38,992 bases of DNA from Candidatus Limnocylindrales bacterium. Its GTDB lineage: Bacteria > Chloroflexota > Limnocylindria > Limnocylindrales > CSP1-4. Position 1 is the stretch's first letter. Every line of letters starts with the position of its first letter. The stretch is from the NCBI GenBank assembly GCA_036505555.1, contig DASXTH010000322.1, positions 1-38,992 of the forward strand, given 5' to 3'. The position numbers were made by a program, and so were the translations under genes. The notes below the pieces were generated by a model. It was not told the origin of the DNA. It saw only the letters and a program-made list of their open reading frames with translations, and did not search any database. Positions 1 to 8,990 of the stretch are shown piece by piece.

Positions 1-683
1 ACGGCGTCCCCGCCCTGATCGGCCTCGACGACGACCGATCCGGGTTCGAGCCCGCTCATCACCCGCTGGTTGCCGAGCTGGACCGACATCACCGCGGGCT
101 TCGGCTCGGTCGAACAGGTGCCGTGCTCGAGGCGCTGATCCCCGCGATCCTCGAGCAGAAGGTGACCGGCAGAGAGGCCTCACGTGGCTTCCGCGGGCTG
201 ATTCGTCAGTGGGGGGAGCCGGCGCCCGGTCCATTCGGCCTTCGCCTCCTGCCGGAGCCCGCAGCCCTCGCCGCCGTCCCGTACCACGCGTTCCACCCGC
301 TCGGCGTCGAGCGCCGTCGGGCCGATCTCGTGCGGCGCGTCGCCGATCGCGCGATCCGGTTCGAGGAGGTTCCGGGCCTGTCGCGCGATGCCGCCTACGC
401 GCGGTTGACCGCCCTGCCTGGGATCGGCCCGTGGACCGCCGCCGAGGTGATGCTCCGGGCGACGGGCGATCCCGACGCCGTCAGCGTCGGCGACTTCCAC
501 CTCCCGAACCTCGTGGCCTTCACCCTGGCCGGCGAGATCCGCGGCACGGACGCCCTGATGCTCGAGCTGCTCGAGCCGTGGCGCGGCCATCGGGCGCGCG
601 TCGTACGGCTCCTCGAGATGAGCGGGCTGCGTCCGCCGGCGTTCGGCCCGCGCGATGCGCCGCGCTCGATCGCGGCGATCTAA
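1..683 (+). CDS. HhH-GPD base-excision DNA glycosylase (DNA-3-methyladenine glycosylase II / AlkA-like), 5' end outside the window
   Basis: The reading frame is open from the window edge (GVPALIGLDD... upstream of the GTG at 123). It carries the helix-hairpin-helix signature LPGIGPWTAAEVMLR followed by an Asp-containing VSVGDFHLPN region. Stop TAA at 681-683. Confidence 0.8.
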   Translation, partial: GVPALIGLDDDRSGFEPAHHPLVAELDRHHRGLRLGRTGAVLEALIPAILEQKVTGREASRGFRGLIRQWGEPAPGPFGLRLLPEPAALAAVPYHAFHPLGVERRRADLVRRVADRAIRFEEVPGLSRDAAYARLTALPGIGPWTAAEVMLRATGDPDAVSVGDFHLPNLVAFTLAGEIRGTDALMLELLEPWRGHRARVVRLLEMSGLRPPAFGPRDAPRSIAAI

Positions 684-686
684 GGC

Positions 687-1232
687 CTAGGCGGAGGCGC
701 GCCGGACGGCGCTGCCGCGAAGGATCAGATCGAGCACCGACCGCCGCTCGCGACCGGTCGGGGCAAACGCGGGCGCCGCGATCCGGCGGCGTGGCTGCGA
801 GGGGGTCGCGACGGCCGCCGCCGCGGGCACGGCCATCGGCTCGGCCCGGCTGGCCTCCGGCAGGGCAACAACCGGGCTGGGGCTCGGCGCCGCGTCGTAG
901 CAGAAGGCCACGTAGCGGATGCCCGTGCCATCGCTCGGGCCCGTGCTCCGCGCGATCCCGTGGGTGCTGGGGCCGACCTGGAACGAGACGTCCTCGCCGT
1001 CGATCCCCGAGCGGATGATCACGAGCGCGACCGGCCGATCGGCCTCCCACTCGAACAGGTCGGGGACGCCGGCGATCGGTGACCCGAGCCCGCTGATCTC
1101 GACCGTCAGCGTGCCGTCGGTATGGCGGCCGTTGCCGAGCACGGCACCGTCGACGCGCATGCGCCGGCGCGACAGCCGGCCGACGCGGCGGAGCTTCGTG
1201 ACCGTGGGGTCGATTTCGATCGAGTGGTTCAT
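687..1232 (-). CDS. hypothetical protein (no family recognised)
   Basis: ATG at 1232 is preceded by AAGGA 7 nt upstream, and GC3 is high. The longer 204-aa track version only adds an Arg/Pro-rich extension. The gene converges on the glycosylase gene with a 3-nt gap. Confidence 0.55.
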   Translation of the reverse strand: MNHSIEIDPTVTKLRRVGRLSRRRMRVDGAVLGNGRHTDGTLTVEISGLGSPIAGVPDLFEWEADRPVALVIIRSGIDGEDVSFQVGPSTHGIARSTGPSDGTGIRYVAFCYDAAPSPSPVVALPEASRAEPMAVPAAAAVATPSQPRRRIAAPAFAPTGRERRSVLDLILRGSAVRRASA

Positions 1233-1490
1233 CGGGCGGTCCTTCGCGTGCGTGGGCCGGGGTGACGGCCGTCGGTGTGGCGATGTGCTGGAGCGCAGCA
1301 TCGCGATCGGTCTTCAGGTGGCCTTAGGGTCGGGTGAGGGTGGGCTGTCGCCCAATGGACACACGACGATCCGCGGGTTCGTCGTCCGGCCGCCGCGCGG
1401 CAGCCGATGGTCCGCGTGGCCGCTCGGGATCGAGGTCGAGGATGCGACTCAGCTCTGTCCTGTTTCGGGCAGCGTGAAGCGGGATCGTCG

Positions 1491-1913
1491 TCAGGCCGCG
1501 GACGAGGCCTGATCCATAGCGCCGTCCATCACGGACGCGAGCAGTCCGTACGCAGCGGCCCACGCGGCGCGAGTCTCGGTGGTGAACGTCGGGCCGAGCG
1601 CTCCCGCGAGGGTGTCGAGGAGCGCGGCGCCGATCGTCTCGAAGTCCTCAGAGCGGACGCCGTACCCGCCGTGTCGTCGCCCCAGCGCCTCGACGGCGGG
1701 AACGATCGTGTCGAGCCGGTCGAGGCCGCGGACGACGACCGTCAGGGTCTGCATGAGGTTGCGGCGCTGCGCGGTCAGGTCGCTCGGGAACAGCTCCCGC
1801 AGCGACGGGTCCAGCTCGAAGAGTCGGGCGTAGAAGAGCGAGGCGGCGGTATCGGCAATCGGCTCGACGATGGCGAAGGTCGTGCGAACGAGCTCGATCT
1901 GGCGTGGGGTCAT
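1491..1913 (-). CDS. single-domain globin (sensor/protoglobin-type bacterial haemoglobin)
   Basis: 140 aa. N-terminal IELVRTTFAIVEPIADTAASLFYARLFELDPSLRELF is typical of globin-coupled-sensor-type globin domains (Tyr B10). LGRRHGGYGV supplies a candidate proximal His. Confidence 0.8.
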   Translation of the reverse strand: MTPRQIELVRTTFAIVEPIADTAASLFYARLFELDPSLRELFPSDLTAQRRNLMQTLTVVVRGLDRLDTIVPAVEALGRRHGGYGVRSEDFETIGAALLDTLAGALGPTFTTETRAAWAAAYGLLASVMDGAMDQASSAA

Positions 1914-2035
1914 CGTGGGTGCTCCTGTTCGACGTGGTCGGTGTGCGTGCGGCCCACACCATCCGCCGCCGGCCTTCGAGTCGGCTTAAGGTGTGCTGCC
2001 AGCCGTACCGGAACCACACGGACGGAGGACCCACG

Positions 2036-2395
2036 ATGGCCGAGCGAGTGATGCCGACGTTCAGCAAGTCGCCGCCCGAGCTCGTCGAGCGGTTCTCGGC
2101 GGTGCTCGACGGCTACCCCGATGTCGGGCGCAAGAAGATGTTCGGCTACCCGGCCGCGTTCGTCGGCGGCAACATGGCGACCGGGCTCTTCGCGGATCGC
2201 TGGGTCGTGCGGCTGCCCGACGACGAGATCGAGGATGCGAAGACGGGCGGCGCCGAATCGTTCGAGCCCGTGCCCGGCAAGCCGATGAAGTCGTTCGTGG
2301 CGATCCCCGAGGCCGACATCGCCGACGACGCCGCGATCCGGCGCTGGGTCGAGCGCGGGCTCGCGCTCGCGGGCTCGATGCCGGCCAAGAAGTAG
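2036..2395 (+). CDS. TfoX/Sxy N-terminal domain protein
   Basis: ATG at 2036 with GGAGGA at 2025-2030. KKMFGYPAAFVGGNMATGLFADRWVVRL matches the TfoX_N pattern. About 119 aa, typical of stand-alone TfoX-N proteins. Confidence 0.7.
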   Translation: MAERVMPTFSKSPPELVERFSAVLDGYPDVGRKKMFGYPAAFVGGNMATGLFADRWVVRLPDDEIEDAKTGGAESFEPVPGKPMKSFVAIPEADIADDAAIRRWVERGLALAGSMPAKK

Positions 2396-2420
2396 CGCGG
2401 GGCCTGTCGCTGGGGCCGAC

Positions 2421-3611
2421 CTACTTCAGCTGCTCGGCCGCCTGCGTGGCGATGTCCAGGTCCTTCGTGTCCATGACCACGACGTAGTCATTCTTGGCGT
2501 AGACGTAGACGCTCGTGGCCCCGTCGCCGTAGTCGATCTTCGTCAGGGCCTTGCCGCCGAGGGTCACCGCGGTCTGCTTCACGCCCTCGGCAGTGGCTCC
2601 CAGCCACGTGTCGATGATCGCGGACCGGAACTTCGCGAGATCGACCTTCGGGAGCCGGAACGCGATGATCGAGAGATCGATGGCGCCCGTCTCGTCGTAG
2701 GCCTGGGCGACCTGGAGCTGCTCGACGGTGCCGCCCAGGGCCCGGATCCGGGCTGCGAGGGCGCGTGAGCCGGGATCCTGGCCGAAGATCTCGGTCGCGC
2801 TGTTGCTGACGACCGTCAGCGGGATCGTCGGCTGGGGCGAGGCCGTCGCCGTGTGGTCGACGATCGCCGTCGGCAGGGCCGCCTCCAGATCCGGCGCGAA
2901 GGGCGAGTACGAGGGCTCGACGCCCGGATCCTCGGAGAAGATGGGCTCATCGCTCGCCTGGGCTTCGTCGCTCGCCTCGGGGGCGACACCGGCGACCTTG
3001 ACGTCGCCCATGGCGATCGCAAGGGCATCGGTGATTGCGTTCCGGTCCGAGGCAATGACCGGGCCCGAGGCCGCGACCTGGCCGACCAGACCGCCGTAGT
3101 GGAGGAACGTCGTCGTCCCGCCCGTGTTCAGGTTGGTCACGTCGTAGGCGTCCGATCCCGTGCGATCGACGATCTCGGTGCTCACCAGCTTGGCGGCCTT
3201 GCGGTTCTCGTCGAGCGCGGTCGCGGCCGCATCGCCGTAGCAGGTGACGCTCGCGACGACCACCGGCTGGCCCGTGCTGCCGTCCTCCGGCGCCTGGCCC
3301 AGCAGCGAGACCGTCACTCCGTTTGCGTTGAGGTCGGTCGCCCCCAGCGTCCAGTCAGGCGGGAGATCGTCCTTGCTCGGGATTGCGGACCAGGCCGCCT
3401 GGCGGCAGGCGGTGAGGTCGGCGCCGCCCGGCCGGAGGATCAGGAAGCCGATCGACGCGGCGGCGAGAACGACGGCGAGGATCGCCAGCCAAGGGGCCGC
3501 GCTCTCGAGCCAGCCGCGCTCGGCGACGTCATCCATCGGGCTCGCAGGCCGCTCGTAGGTCGCGCTCTGGCGGGTCGCCGTGCGACGCGGGCTGGTCCGT
3601 CGGGTGGGCAT
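2421..3611 (-). CDS. membrane-anchored exported protein, function unknown
   Basis: 396-aa ORF with high GC3. A charged N-terminus is followed by a single hydrophobic helix (WLAILAVVLAAASIGFLIL) and then a large Ala/Thr/Asp-rich ectodomain. No family recognised. Confidence 0.6.
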   Translation of the reverse strand: MPTRRTSPRRTATRQSATYERPASPMDDVAERGWLESAAPWLAILAVVLAAASIGFLILRPGGADLTACRQAAWSAIPSKDDLPPDWTLGATDLNANGVTVSLLGQAPEDGSTGQPVVVASVTCYGDAAATALDENRKAAKLVSTEIVDRTGSDAYDVTNLNTGGTTTFLHYGGLVGQVAASGPVIASDRNAITDALAIAMGDVKVAGVAPEASDEAQASDEPIFSEDPGVEPSYSPFAPDLEAALPTAIVDHTATASPQPTIPLTVVSNSATEIFGQDPGSRALAARIRALGGTVEQLQVAQAYDETGAIDLSIIAFRLPKVDLAKFRSAIIDTWLGATAEGVKQTAVTLGGKALTKIDYGDGATSVYVYAKNDYVVVMDTKDLDIATQAAEQLK

Positions 3612-3684
3612 GTGGCCTCACGGTCGGGACGGCCGCTGAGAGCCGTCTGATGGTGGCCCGATCGGCACGTGGCCGATGGGTTGC

Positions 3685-3761
3685 TGGTCGGGGCGGCGGG
3701 ATTTGAACCCACGACCTTATCGTCCCGAACGATACGCGCTACCAAGCTGCGCCACGCCCCG
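3685..3761 (-). tRNA. tRNA-Pro (anticodon CGG), CCA encoded
   Basis: The reverse complement folds by hand into a 77-nt cloverleaf. Acceptor CGGGGCG/CGCCCCG, D stem GCGC/GCGC, anticodon stem TATCG/CGATA with loop TTCGGGA, T arm GTGGG-TTCAAAT-CCCGC, discriminator A plus CCA. Confidence 0.93.
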
Positions 3762-3806
3762 ACCGGATGCCCGTTGTCTCAGGGCCCGGGCATCATAGCA
3801 GAGGCT

Positions 3807-5060
3807 TCAGTCGACCTCGATCGGGCTCCGAGTGCGGCGGGCGGGCTCCCGGATCGGGATGACGCAAAGCGCCGCGATGACGAACGAAACCGCCATCAGC
3901 CCGAAGACGAACGGCAGCCCGGCCTTGTCGCCGGCGACCTGGATGATCCCGCCGTAGAGCGCCGTCCAGAGGGAGCCGACACCGAACGCCAGCGTGAAAT
4001 AGAGCGCGAACGACGTGTCGCGGATCGCGGGCGGAGCGATGTCGGCGAGGAGCGCCTGGAGCTGGGGCGACTCGGCGAAGCTGAAGAGGCCCATGAGGAG
4101 GATCCCGATCCAGAGACCGGTCAGGGAGGGGCCGGCGAGGACGAAGGCGACGAACGCCACCGCCCCGCCGAGGTAGACGCCGACGATCACGGGGCGGCGA
4201 CCGACGTAGTCCGAGAGCCAGCCGGCGATGAGCGGCATTGGGACCGACATCACGATCAGGGCGCCGTACATCACGTCGGTCGTCGAGGTGGGGAGGCCGA
4301 TGACGCTGGTCAGGTAGAGCAGCGCGAAGAGGTTGACGACGCCGAGGCCGCGGCCGCCACCGCCGAGGATGGACGCGAGGTAGATCCAGCGATGCGACGG
4401 GTCGCGCAGCACGCTCCCGAACGCCGCGCGCACCGAGCCGTGCTCCTCGGCGGCCTTCCGATCGCCGCCGCTCTCGCGCACGAAGACGAGAATGGCAAGG
4501 GCGATCACGACCGCCGGGATGCCGAACAGGACGACCACCCAGCGCCAGCCCAACGCCGCGATGAGGCCGGCGCCGACGAGCGCGACGATCACCGTCCCGA
4601 CGTTCCCGCCGCTGATGTGGGCGCTGATCGCAAAGCCGCGCCGTTCCTCGGGGAACTGCTCGGCCAGGAGACCATTCCCGACCGGGTGCTGCGGCGAGCC
4701 GCCGATCCGCGAGACGACGTTCACCAGCCCGAACGGCAGGAAGCTCGAGGCCAGGCCCTGCGCCGCGAACCCGGCCCCGAACAGCACACCGCCCGACGCC
4801 AGCAGGACCCGTCGTGAGACGATCCGGGTGAGCTTCGCGTAGCTCAGCTGGACCGCTCCGCTCGCGAACGCGCCCATGGCCGCGAGATAGGCGACCTGCG
4901 ACTCGGTGACCCCGAACTCGTCGATGATCCGGAGGTAGATCAGGGGCAGCAGCACTGCCTGGGCATGGTTGACCGCGTGGGCGATTGACAGGAGCCACAG
5001 CGTGAGGTCCGGATCGATCGGGCGTGCCGGGACGGCGACCGGGAGACGGGCGGGGGTCAT
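3807..5060 (-). CDS. MFS transporter
   Basis: Multiple hydrophobic helices. MFS-like loop motifs (GWLSDYVGRRPV between predicted helices) and the overall 12-TM pattern. Start placed at ATG 5060 (MTPARLP...); the ORF is open up to 5186. Confidence 0.8.
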   Translation of the reverse strand: MTPARLPVAVPARPIDPDLTLWLLSIAHAVNHAQAVLLPLIYLRIIDEFGVTESQVAYLAAMGAFASGAVQLSYAKLTRIVSRRVLLASGGVLFGAGFAAQGLASSFLPFGLVNVVSRIGGSPQHPVGNGLLAEQFPEERRGFAISAHISGGNVGTVIVALVGAGLIAALGWRWVVVLFGIPAVVIALAILVFVRESGGDRKAAEEHGSVRAAFGSVLRDPSHRWIYLASILGGGGRGLGVVNLFALLYLTSVIGLPTSTTDVMYGALIVMSVPMPLIAGWLSDYVGRRPVIVGVYLGGAVAFVAFVLAGPSLTGLWIGILLMGLFSFAESPQLQALLADIAPPAIRDTSFALYFTLAFGVGSLWTALYGGIIQVAGDKAGLPFVFGLMAVSFVIAALCVIPIREPARRTRSPIEVD

Positions 5061-5230
5061 CTCGCCGAATCCTGACCGATCCGGACTGGCTGAGTGGGGC
5101 GGGATCGCACGTTGCGCCTGCCCTCCGTTTCCGGCATCGTTGGCGCGAGTCCCACGACCCGCGATCACGTCCCGACCGCCCGTCACCGTCGAGTCCGCTC
5201 ACCCGCCCGCCCCCTGCCCGCGAGGACTTC

Positions 5231-5617
5231 ATGCCAACGGTTCTGATCGTCGACGACGAGCAGCACATCCGGCTCCTGATCGAGCAGACGCTCGAGGAGC
5301 TCGAGGACGAGGGCGTCGAGCTCCAGACCGCCTCGGACGGCGAGATGGCCCTCGACGTCGTGCGCAACCACCACCCGGCGCTCGTCTTCCTCGACGTGAT
5401 GATGCCGAAGCTCAACGGCTTCGAGGTCTGTCGGGCGATCAAGGAGGATCTCGGTCTGGCGTCGACGACGGTCGTCATGCTGACGGCCAAGGGCCAGGCC
5501 TACGATCGCGAGCAGGGGCTCGCCGCGGGCGCCGACCGCTACCTGACGAAGCCGTTCGACCCTGACGAGCTGCTCGATATCGCGCGCGAGGCACTCGGGC
5601 TGGCCGGGGCGAGCTGA
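5231..5617 (+). CDS. single-domain CheY-like response regulator
   Basis: ATG at 5231 with GAGGA 5 nt upstream. Has VLIVDDE, the phospho-acceptor context LVFLDVMMPKLNG, and TKPF. 128 aa with no output domain. Its stop overlaps the next start (ATGA-type, 5614-5619). Confidence 0.9.
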   Translation: MPTVLIVDDEQHIRLLIEQTLEELEDEGVELQTASDGEMALDVVRNHHPALVFLDVMMPKLNGFEVCRAIKEDLGLASTTVVMLTAKGQAYDREQGLAAGADRYLTKPFDPDELLDIAREALGLAGAS

Positions 5618-6414
5618 TGGACCACGACCTCGCCCGGCTGATCATCCGCCACCGGCACGTGGCGCCGATGCTCTCGGCGCTGCTGTCCGGGACGAACGCC
5701 GGCGTCCGGATCAGCGATCCGGAGGGCCTGGTGATCCTGGAGCGGGAGGCCGGCGGCATCGGGTTCGAGCGGTTCCCGATCACAGTCGACGGCGAGACTG
5801 CGGGCTGGGTGGAGGGCGACCGTGCCGCCCGGGCGATCGCCGCGGTCCTGTCGTACGCCGTCGCCCGCGAGGCCGACAAGCGGAGTCTCGCCCGAGAGGC
5901 GCTCGACCGCTATCGCGAGCTGAACCTCGTCTACGAGCTGGCCGACCGCCTGAGCGGCGAGCTCGACGTCACCGCGGTCGGGCGGATCGTCGTGGCCGAA
6001 GCCTCACGGCTGCCCGCGGGCGGGAGCGGGTTCCTGCTGCTGTTCGACGCCGCGGGGGCCCTCCAGGCGATCGCCGGCGACGCCCCCGACGGGACGGCCG
6101 GCCGGACGAACGGCAACGGCGAGGGGATCGTCGGCGCGGTCGCCCGCTCGGCGGTTGCGGAAGAGGTCAACGACGTCGCGGCCGACCCGCGCGCCTCGGC
6201 GGCAGAGCGTGAGCTCGCCTCGCTGATCCTCGCGCCGGTCGTCGCCCGGGGACGGACGATCGGTGTCCTCGGCGCCGCGACCCGGCGCCCGGTCGAGTAC
6301 CAGGCGGCGGACCTCAAGCTGCTCGCGGCGATCGCCGCGATCGCGGGACCGGCCTGCGCCCAGACCTGGGCCCGGACCGGGAGCAGCGACGCGCCCGGCG
6401 CGCGGGTCGGCTGA
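5617..6414 (+). CDS. GAF domain-containing protein (no output domain)
   Basis: The YRELNLVYELADRLSGELD linker followed by a GAF-like core (...GEGIVGAVARS...LILAPVVARGRTIGVLGA...) resembles the sensor part of GAF-PP2C/GAF-kinase proteins. GC3 is high up to the TGA at 6412-6414. Confidence 0.7.
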   Translation: MDHDLARLIIRHRHVAPMLSALLSGTNAGVRISDPEGLVILEREAGGIGFERFPITVDGETAGWVEGDRAARAIAAVLSYAVAREADKRSLAREALDRYRELNLVYELADRLSGELDVTAVGRIVVAEASRLPAGGSGFLLLFDAAGALQAIAGDAPDGTAGRTNGNGEGIVGAVARSAVAEEVNDVAADPRASAAERELASLILAPVVARGRTIGVLGAATRRPVEYQAADLKLLAAIAAIAGPACAQTWARTGSSDAPGARVG

Positions 6415-8077
6415 GTCGGCGGGGCGCGCGCTGATCCGGATCGCCCCAACGACGGTCGCCGGGATCGCCGGCTCGATCGCCGTCCTCGCGGTCATCCTTG
6501 CTCGGCCGCCCGGCTGGGATGTCCTCGCGACCGTCGGCGCGACGCTCCTGCCGGCCGCCCTCGTCATGTACGGCGCCGCCGCGTCCCGCCGGGCGCGCGA
6601 GACGACGGCCCAGCGGGCGGTCGTCGACGAGCAGCGGTCGGCGCTCGCCCGCGAAGCCGCGGAGACGACGGAGTCGCGGGCCGAGCTTCAGCGGCGGCTC
6701 GCCGAGCTCGTCACCCTCAACGAGCTGGCCGGCGCGCTGAGCTCGACCCTCGATCTCGACGAGCTTCTCGGTCGGGCGCTGGACGCCGTCGTCCATCGGC
6801 TGCCCTTCGATCGAGCGCTCGTGCTCCTCGTTGACGCCGAGGGCGAGCACCTGACGGACGGCCGTGCGATCGGCGGCAGCGCGGAGGTCGCGGCGCTGGT
6901 CGGGCAGGTCCACCTCGCGCTGTCCGAGACGCGCTCGACGCTCGTTCAGCTCGCGCTCGCCGACGGCCCAATGGTCTTCCGGGACGTCGACACCGACGCG
7001 TACGAGCCGAACCGGCTCTTCGCGCGGGCGCTCGAGGTGACCTCGTTCCTCGGGACGCCGCTGGTCACGAGCGGACGAACGGTCGGCGTGCTCGCGGTCG
7101 ACAACCGGCTGTCGGGCCGCGAGCTCGAGCGATCGATCGGGCCGCTCCTCTTCACGGTCGGGTCCCTGCTGGCGGCGGCGGTCGAGAACGCCCAGCTCTA
7201 CGCCTCGATCGAGGAAGCGAACCGCGAGCTCGAGGCGCGCGTGGCGACCCGGACGGCCCAGCTGGCAGACGCGACGGAGGCCGCGGTGGCCGCCCAGGCG
7301 GCGGCCGAGGCCGCGAGCGCGATGAAGTCGACGTTCCTTGCGAGTGTCAGCCACGAGTTGCGGACGCCGCTGACCTCGGTCGTCGGGTTCACCAAGCTCG
7401 TCCGGAAGCGGTTCGACGAGGTCGTGGAGCCGGCCCTGGGCAGCCTTCCGGGCGGCGGCGTCGCCTCCGACCCGAAGCTGGAGCGGGCGGTCCGCCAGAT
7501 CGCCGAGAACCTCGGGATCATGGCCGCCGAGGGTGAGCGCCTGACGGCAATGATCAACGACGTCCTCGACCTCCAGAAGATCGAGGCCGGCCGGATGGAG
7601 TTCCGCCGCGAACCGATCGACCTGCTCGCGGTCGTCGACCAGGCGCTTGCCGCGACCTCCGCCCTCTTCGCGACGACCGGGCTGGAGATCGTCCGCGAGG
7701 CGCCATCCGCCGTGCCGTCGGTGACCGGCGATCACCACCGGCTCATCCAGGTCGTGATCAACCTGATCTCGAACGCGGTGAAGTTCACGGCCGCGGGCTC
7801 GGTGACCGTCCGCGTCCGTGCCGCCGACGGCGAAATCGTCGTGTCGGTCGCCGACACCGGGACGGGGATCGCCGCGGCGGACCGGGAGCGCGTCTTCGAG
7901 GCGTTCGCCCAGGCCGGCGACACGCTGACGGACAAGCCCCGCGGGACCGGCCTGGGACTGCCGATCTCGCGCGAGATCGTGGAAGAGCACGGCGGGCGGC
8001 TGTGGCTCGAGAGCGAGCTCGGCCGCGGATCGACGTTCGCGTTTGCGCTGCCGGTGGCGCCGGAGCCCGCGACATGA
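6263..8077 (+). CDS. sensor histidine kinase (2 predicted TM helices, GAF, HisKA, HATPase_c); start codon uncertain
   Basis: H-box FLASVSHELRTPLTSVVGF, N-box VINLISNAVKFT, G1 VADTGTGI, G2 GTGLGLPISREIVEEHGG, and a GAF region ahead of HisKA. The only canonical in-frame starts are GTG 6263 (152-nt overlap with the upstream gene, poor GC3 there) and ATG 6566 (which would delete the TM helices). See findings. Confidence 0.85.
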   Translation: MSSAPRPGARSSTRRRTSSCSRRSPRSRDRPAPRPGPGPGAATRPARGSAESAGRALIRIAPTTVAGIAGSIAVLAVILARPPGWDVLATVGATLLPAALVMYGAAASRRARETTAQRAVVDEQRSALAREAAETTESRAELQRRLAELVTLNELAGALSSTLDLDELLGRALDAVVHRLPFDRALVLLVDAEGEHLTDGRAIGGSAEVAALVGQVHLALSETRSTLVQLALADGPMVFRDVDTDAYEPNRLFARALEVTSFLGTPLVTSGRTVGVLAVDNRLSGRELERSIGPLLFTVGSLLAAAVENAQLYASIEEANRELEARVATRTAQLADATEAAVAAQAAAEAASAMKSTFLASVSHELRTPLTSVVGFTKLVRKRFDEVVEPALGSLPGGGVASDPKLERAVRQIAENLGIMAAEGERLTAMINDVLDLQKIEAGRMEFRREPIDLLAVVDQALAATSALFATTGLEIVREAPSAVPSVTGDHHRLIQVVINLISNAVKFTAAGSVTVRVRAADGEIVVSVADTGTGIAAADRERVFEAFAQAGDTLTDKPRGTGLGLPISREIVEEHGGRLWLESELGRGSTFAFALPVAPEPAT

Positions 8078-8868
8078 TGGAGCGCCGCCGGCTCGGTGCC
8101 GACGGTCCGGCGTTGCCGGTGGTCGGCCTCGGGACGTGGCGCGTCTTCGACCTTCGACCATCCGAACAGGCCGTCGCCGACCGGGTCGTCGCATCGGCGT
8201 TCGAGGGCGGCGTCCGCGTCGTCGACTCGTCGCCGATGTACGGCCGCGCCGAGGCGGTCGTCGCGCACGCCCTCGGCGATCGGCGGGCCGAGGCCTTCGT
8301 CGCGACGAAGGTCTGGACACCGTCGATCGAGGCCGGCCGCGCCCATTACCAGCGGCAGCTCGCGTGGTTCGGCGGACGGATCGACCTCCTCCAGGTCCAC
8401 AACCTCGTCGGATGGCGAGACCATCTCCCGTGGATGGAGGCCGAGCGCGAGGCGGGCCGCATCGGTGCGATCGGCGTGACCCATTTCAGCAGCTCTGCCG
8501 TCGACGACCTGGAGGAGGCGATGCACAGCGGCCGCATCCAGGCCATCCAGGTGCCCGTGAATCCGGCCGAGCGGGCGGCCGAGGCGCGGATCCTGCCGCT
8601 GGCGGAGGAGCTCGGGATCGGCGTCGTTGCGATGCGGCCGTTCGGCGAGGGCGGGCTTCTCGGGCGCGCCTTCGCGCCCGAGCTCCGGGCGGCCGGGTTG
8701 GAGTCGTGGCCCGAGGCGCTGTTGCGCTGGACGCTCTCGGATCCGCGCGTGGCGGTCGCGATCCCGGCGACAGGCTCCGCCGACCACGCCGCCGCGAACG
8801 CCGCGGTCGGCAGCGGCCCGTGGCTCCACCCCGACCTCCGCGAGCTGGTGGCGCGGCTCGTCGCGTGA
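8074..8868 (+). CDS. aldo/keto reductase family oxidoreductase
   Basis: MMERRRLGADGPALPVVGLGTW..., VVDSSPMYGRAE and LLQVHN are typical AKR motifs. ATG 8074 overlaps the kinase stop (ATGA). Confidence 0.85.
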   Translation: MMERRRLGADGPALPVVGLGTWRVFDLRPSEQAVADRVVASAFEGGVRVVDSSPMYGRAEAVVAHALGDRRAEAFVATKVWTPSIEAGRAHYQRQLAWFGGRIDLLQVHNLVGWRDHLPWMEAEREAGRIGAIGVTHFSSSAVDDLEEAMHSGRIQAIQVPVNPAERAAEARILPLAEELGIGVVAMRPFGEGGLLGRAFAPELRAAGLESWPEALLRWTLSDPRVAVAIPATGSADHAAANAAVGSGPWLHPDLRELVARLVA

Positions 8869-8990
8869 CGTACGTGCTCGGTGTGCGCCGAGTGTCAGCA
8901 TGCCGCCATGCCGAATCGAACCAGACGACGGGCAGGCTCCGCCCGACTCGATGGGCGTCGGCGGGCAGCCGCGGTCCTCCGCAGGATGGT

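Noticed and set aside
1324-1563. 79-aa minus-strand ORF in the gap between the hypothetical gene and the globin gene
   Set aside because: It overlaps the globin 3' end out of frame, is Arg-rich, and has no SD. It is likely spurious. An imperfect hairpin at about 1281-1305 may simply be the globin terminator.
3793-5490. 565-aa minus-strand ORF overlapping the MFS gene in another frame
   Set aside because: The translation is Arg/Pro/Gly-rich nonsense. The alternative frame gives a coherent 12-TM MFS protein.
6314-8320. 668-aa ORF antisense to the histidine kinase
   Set aside because: Arg/Pro/Gly-dominated low-complexity translation with no recognisable motifs, lying opposite a gene with complete HisKA/HATPase motifs.
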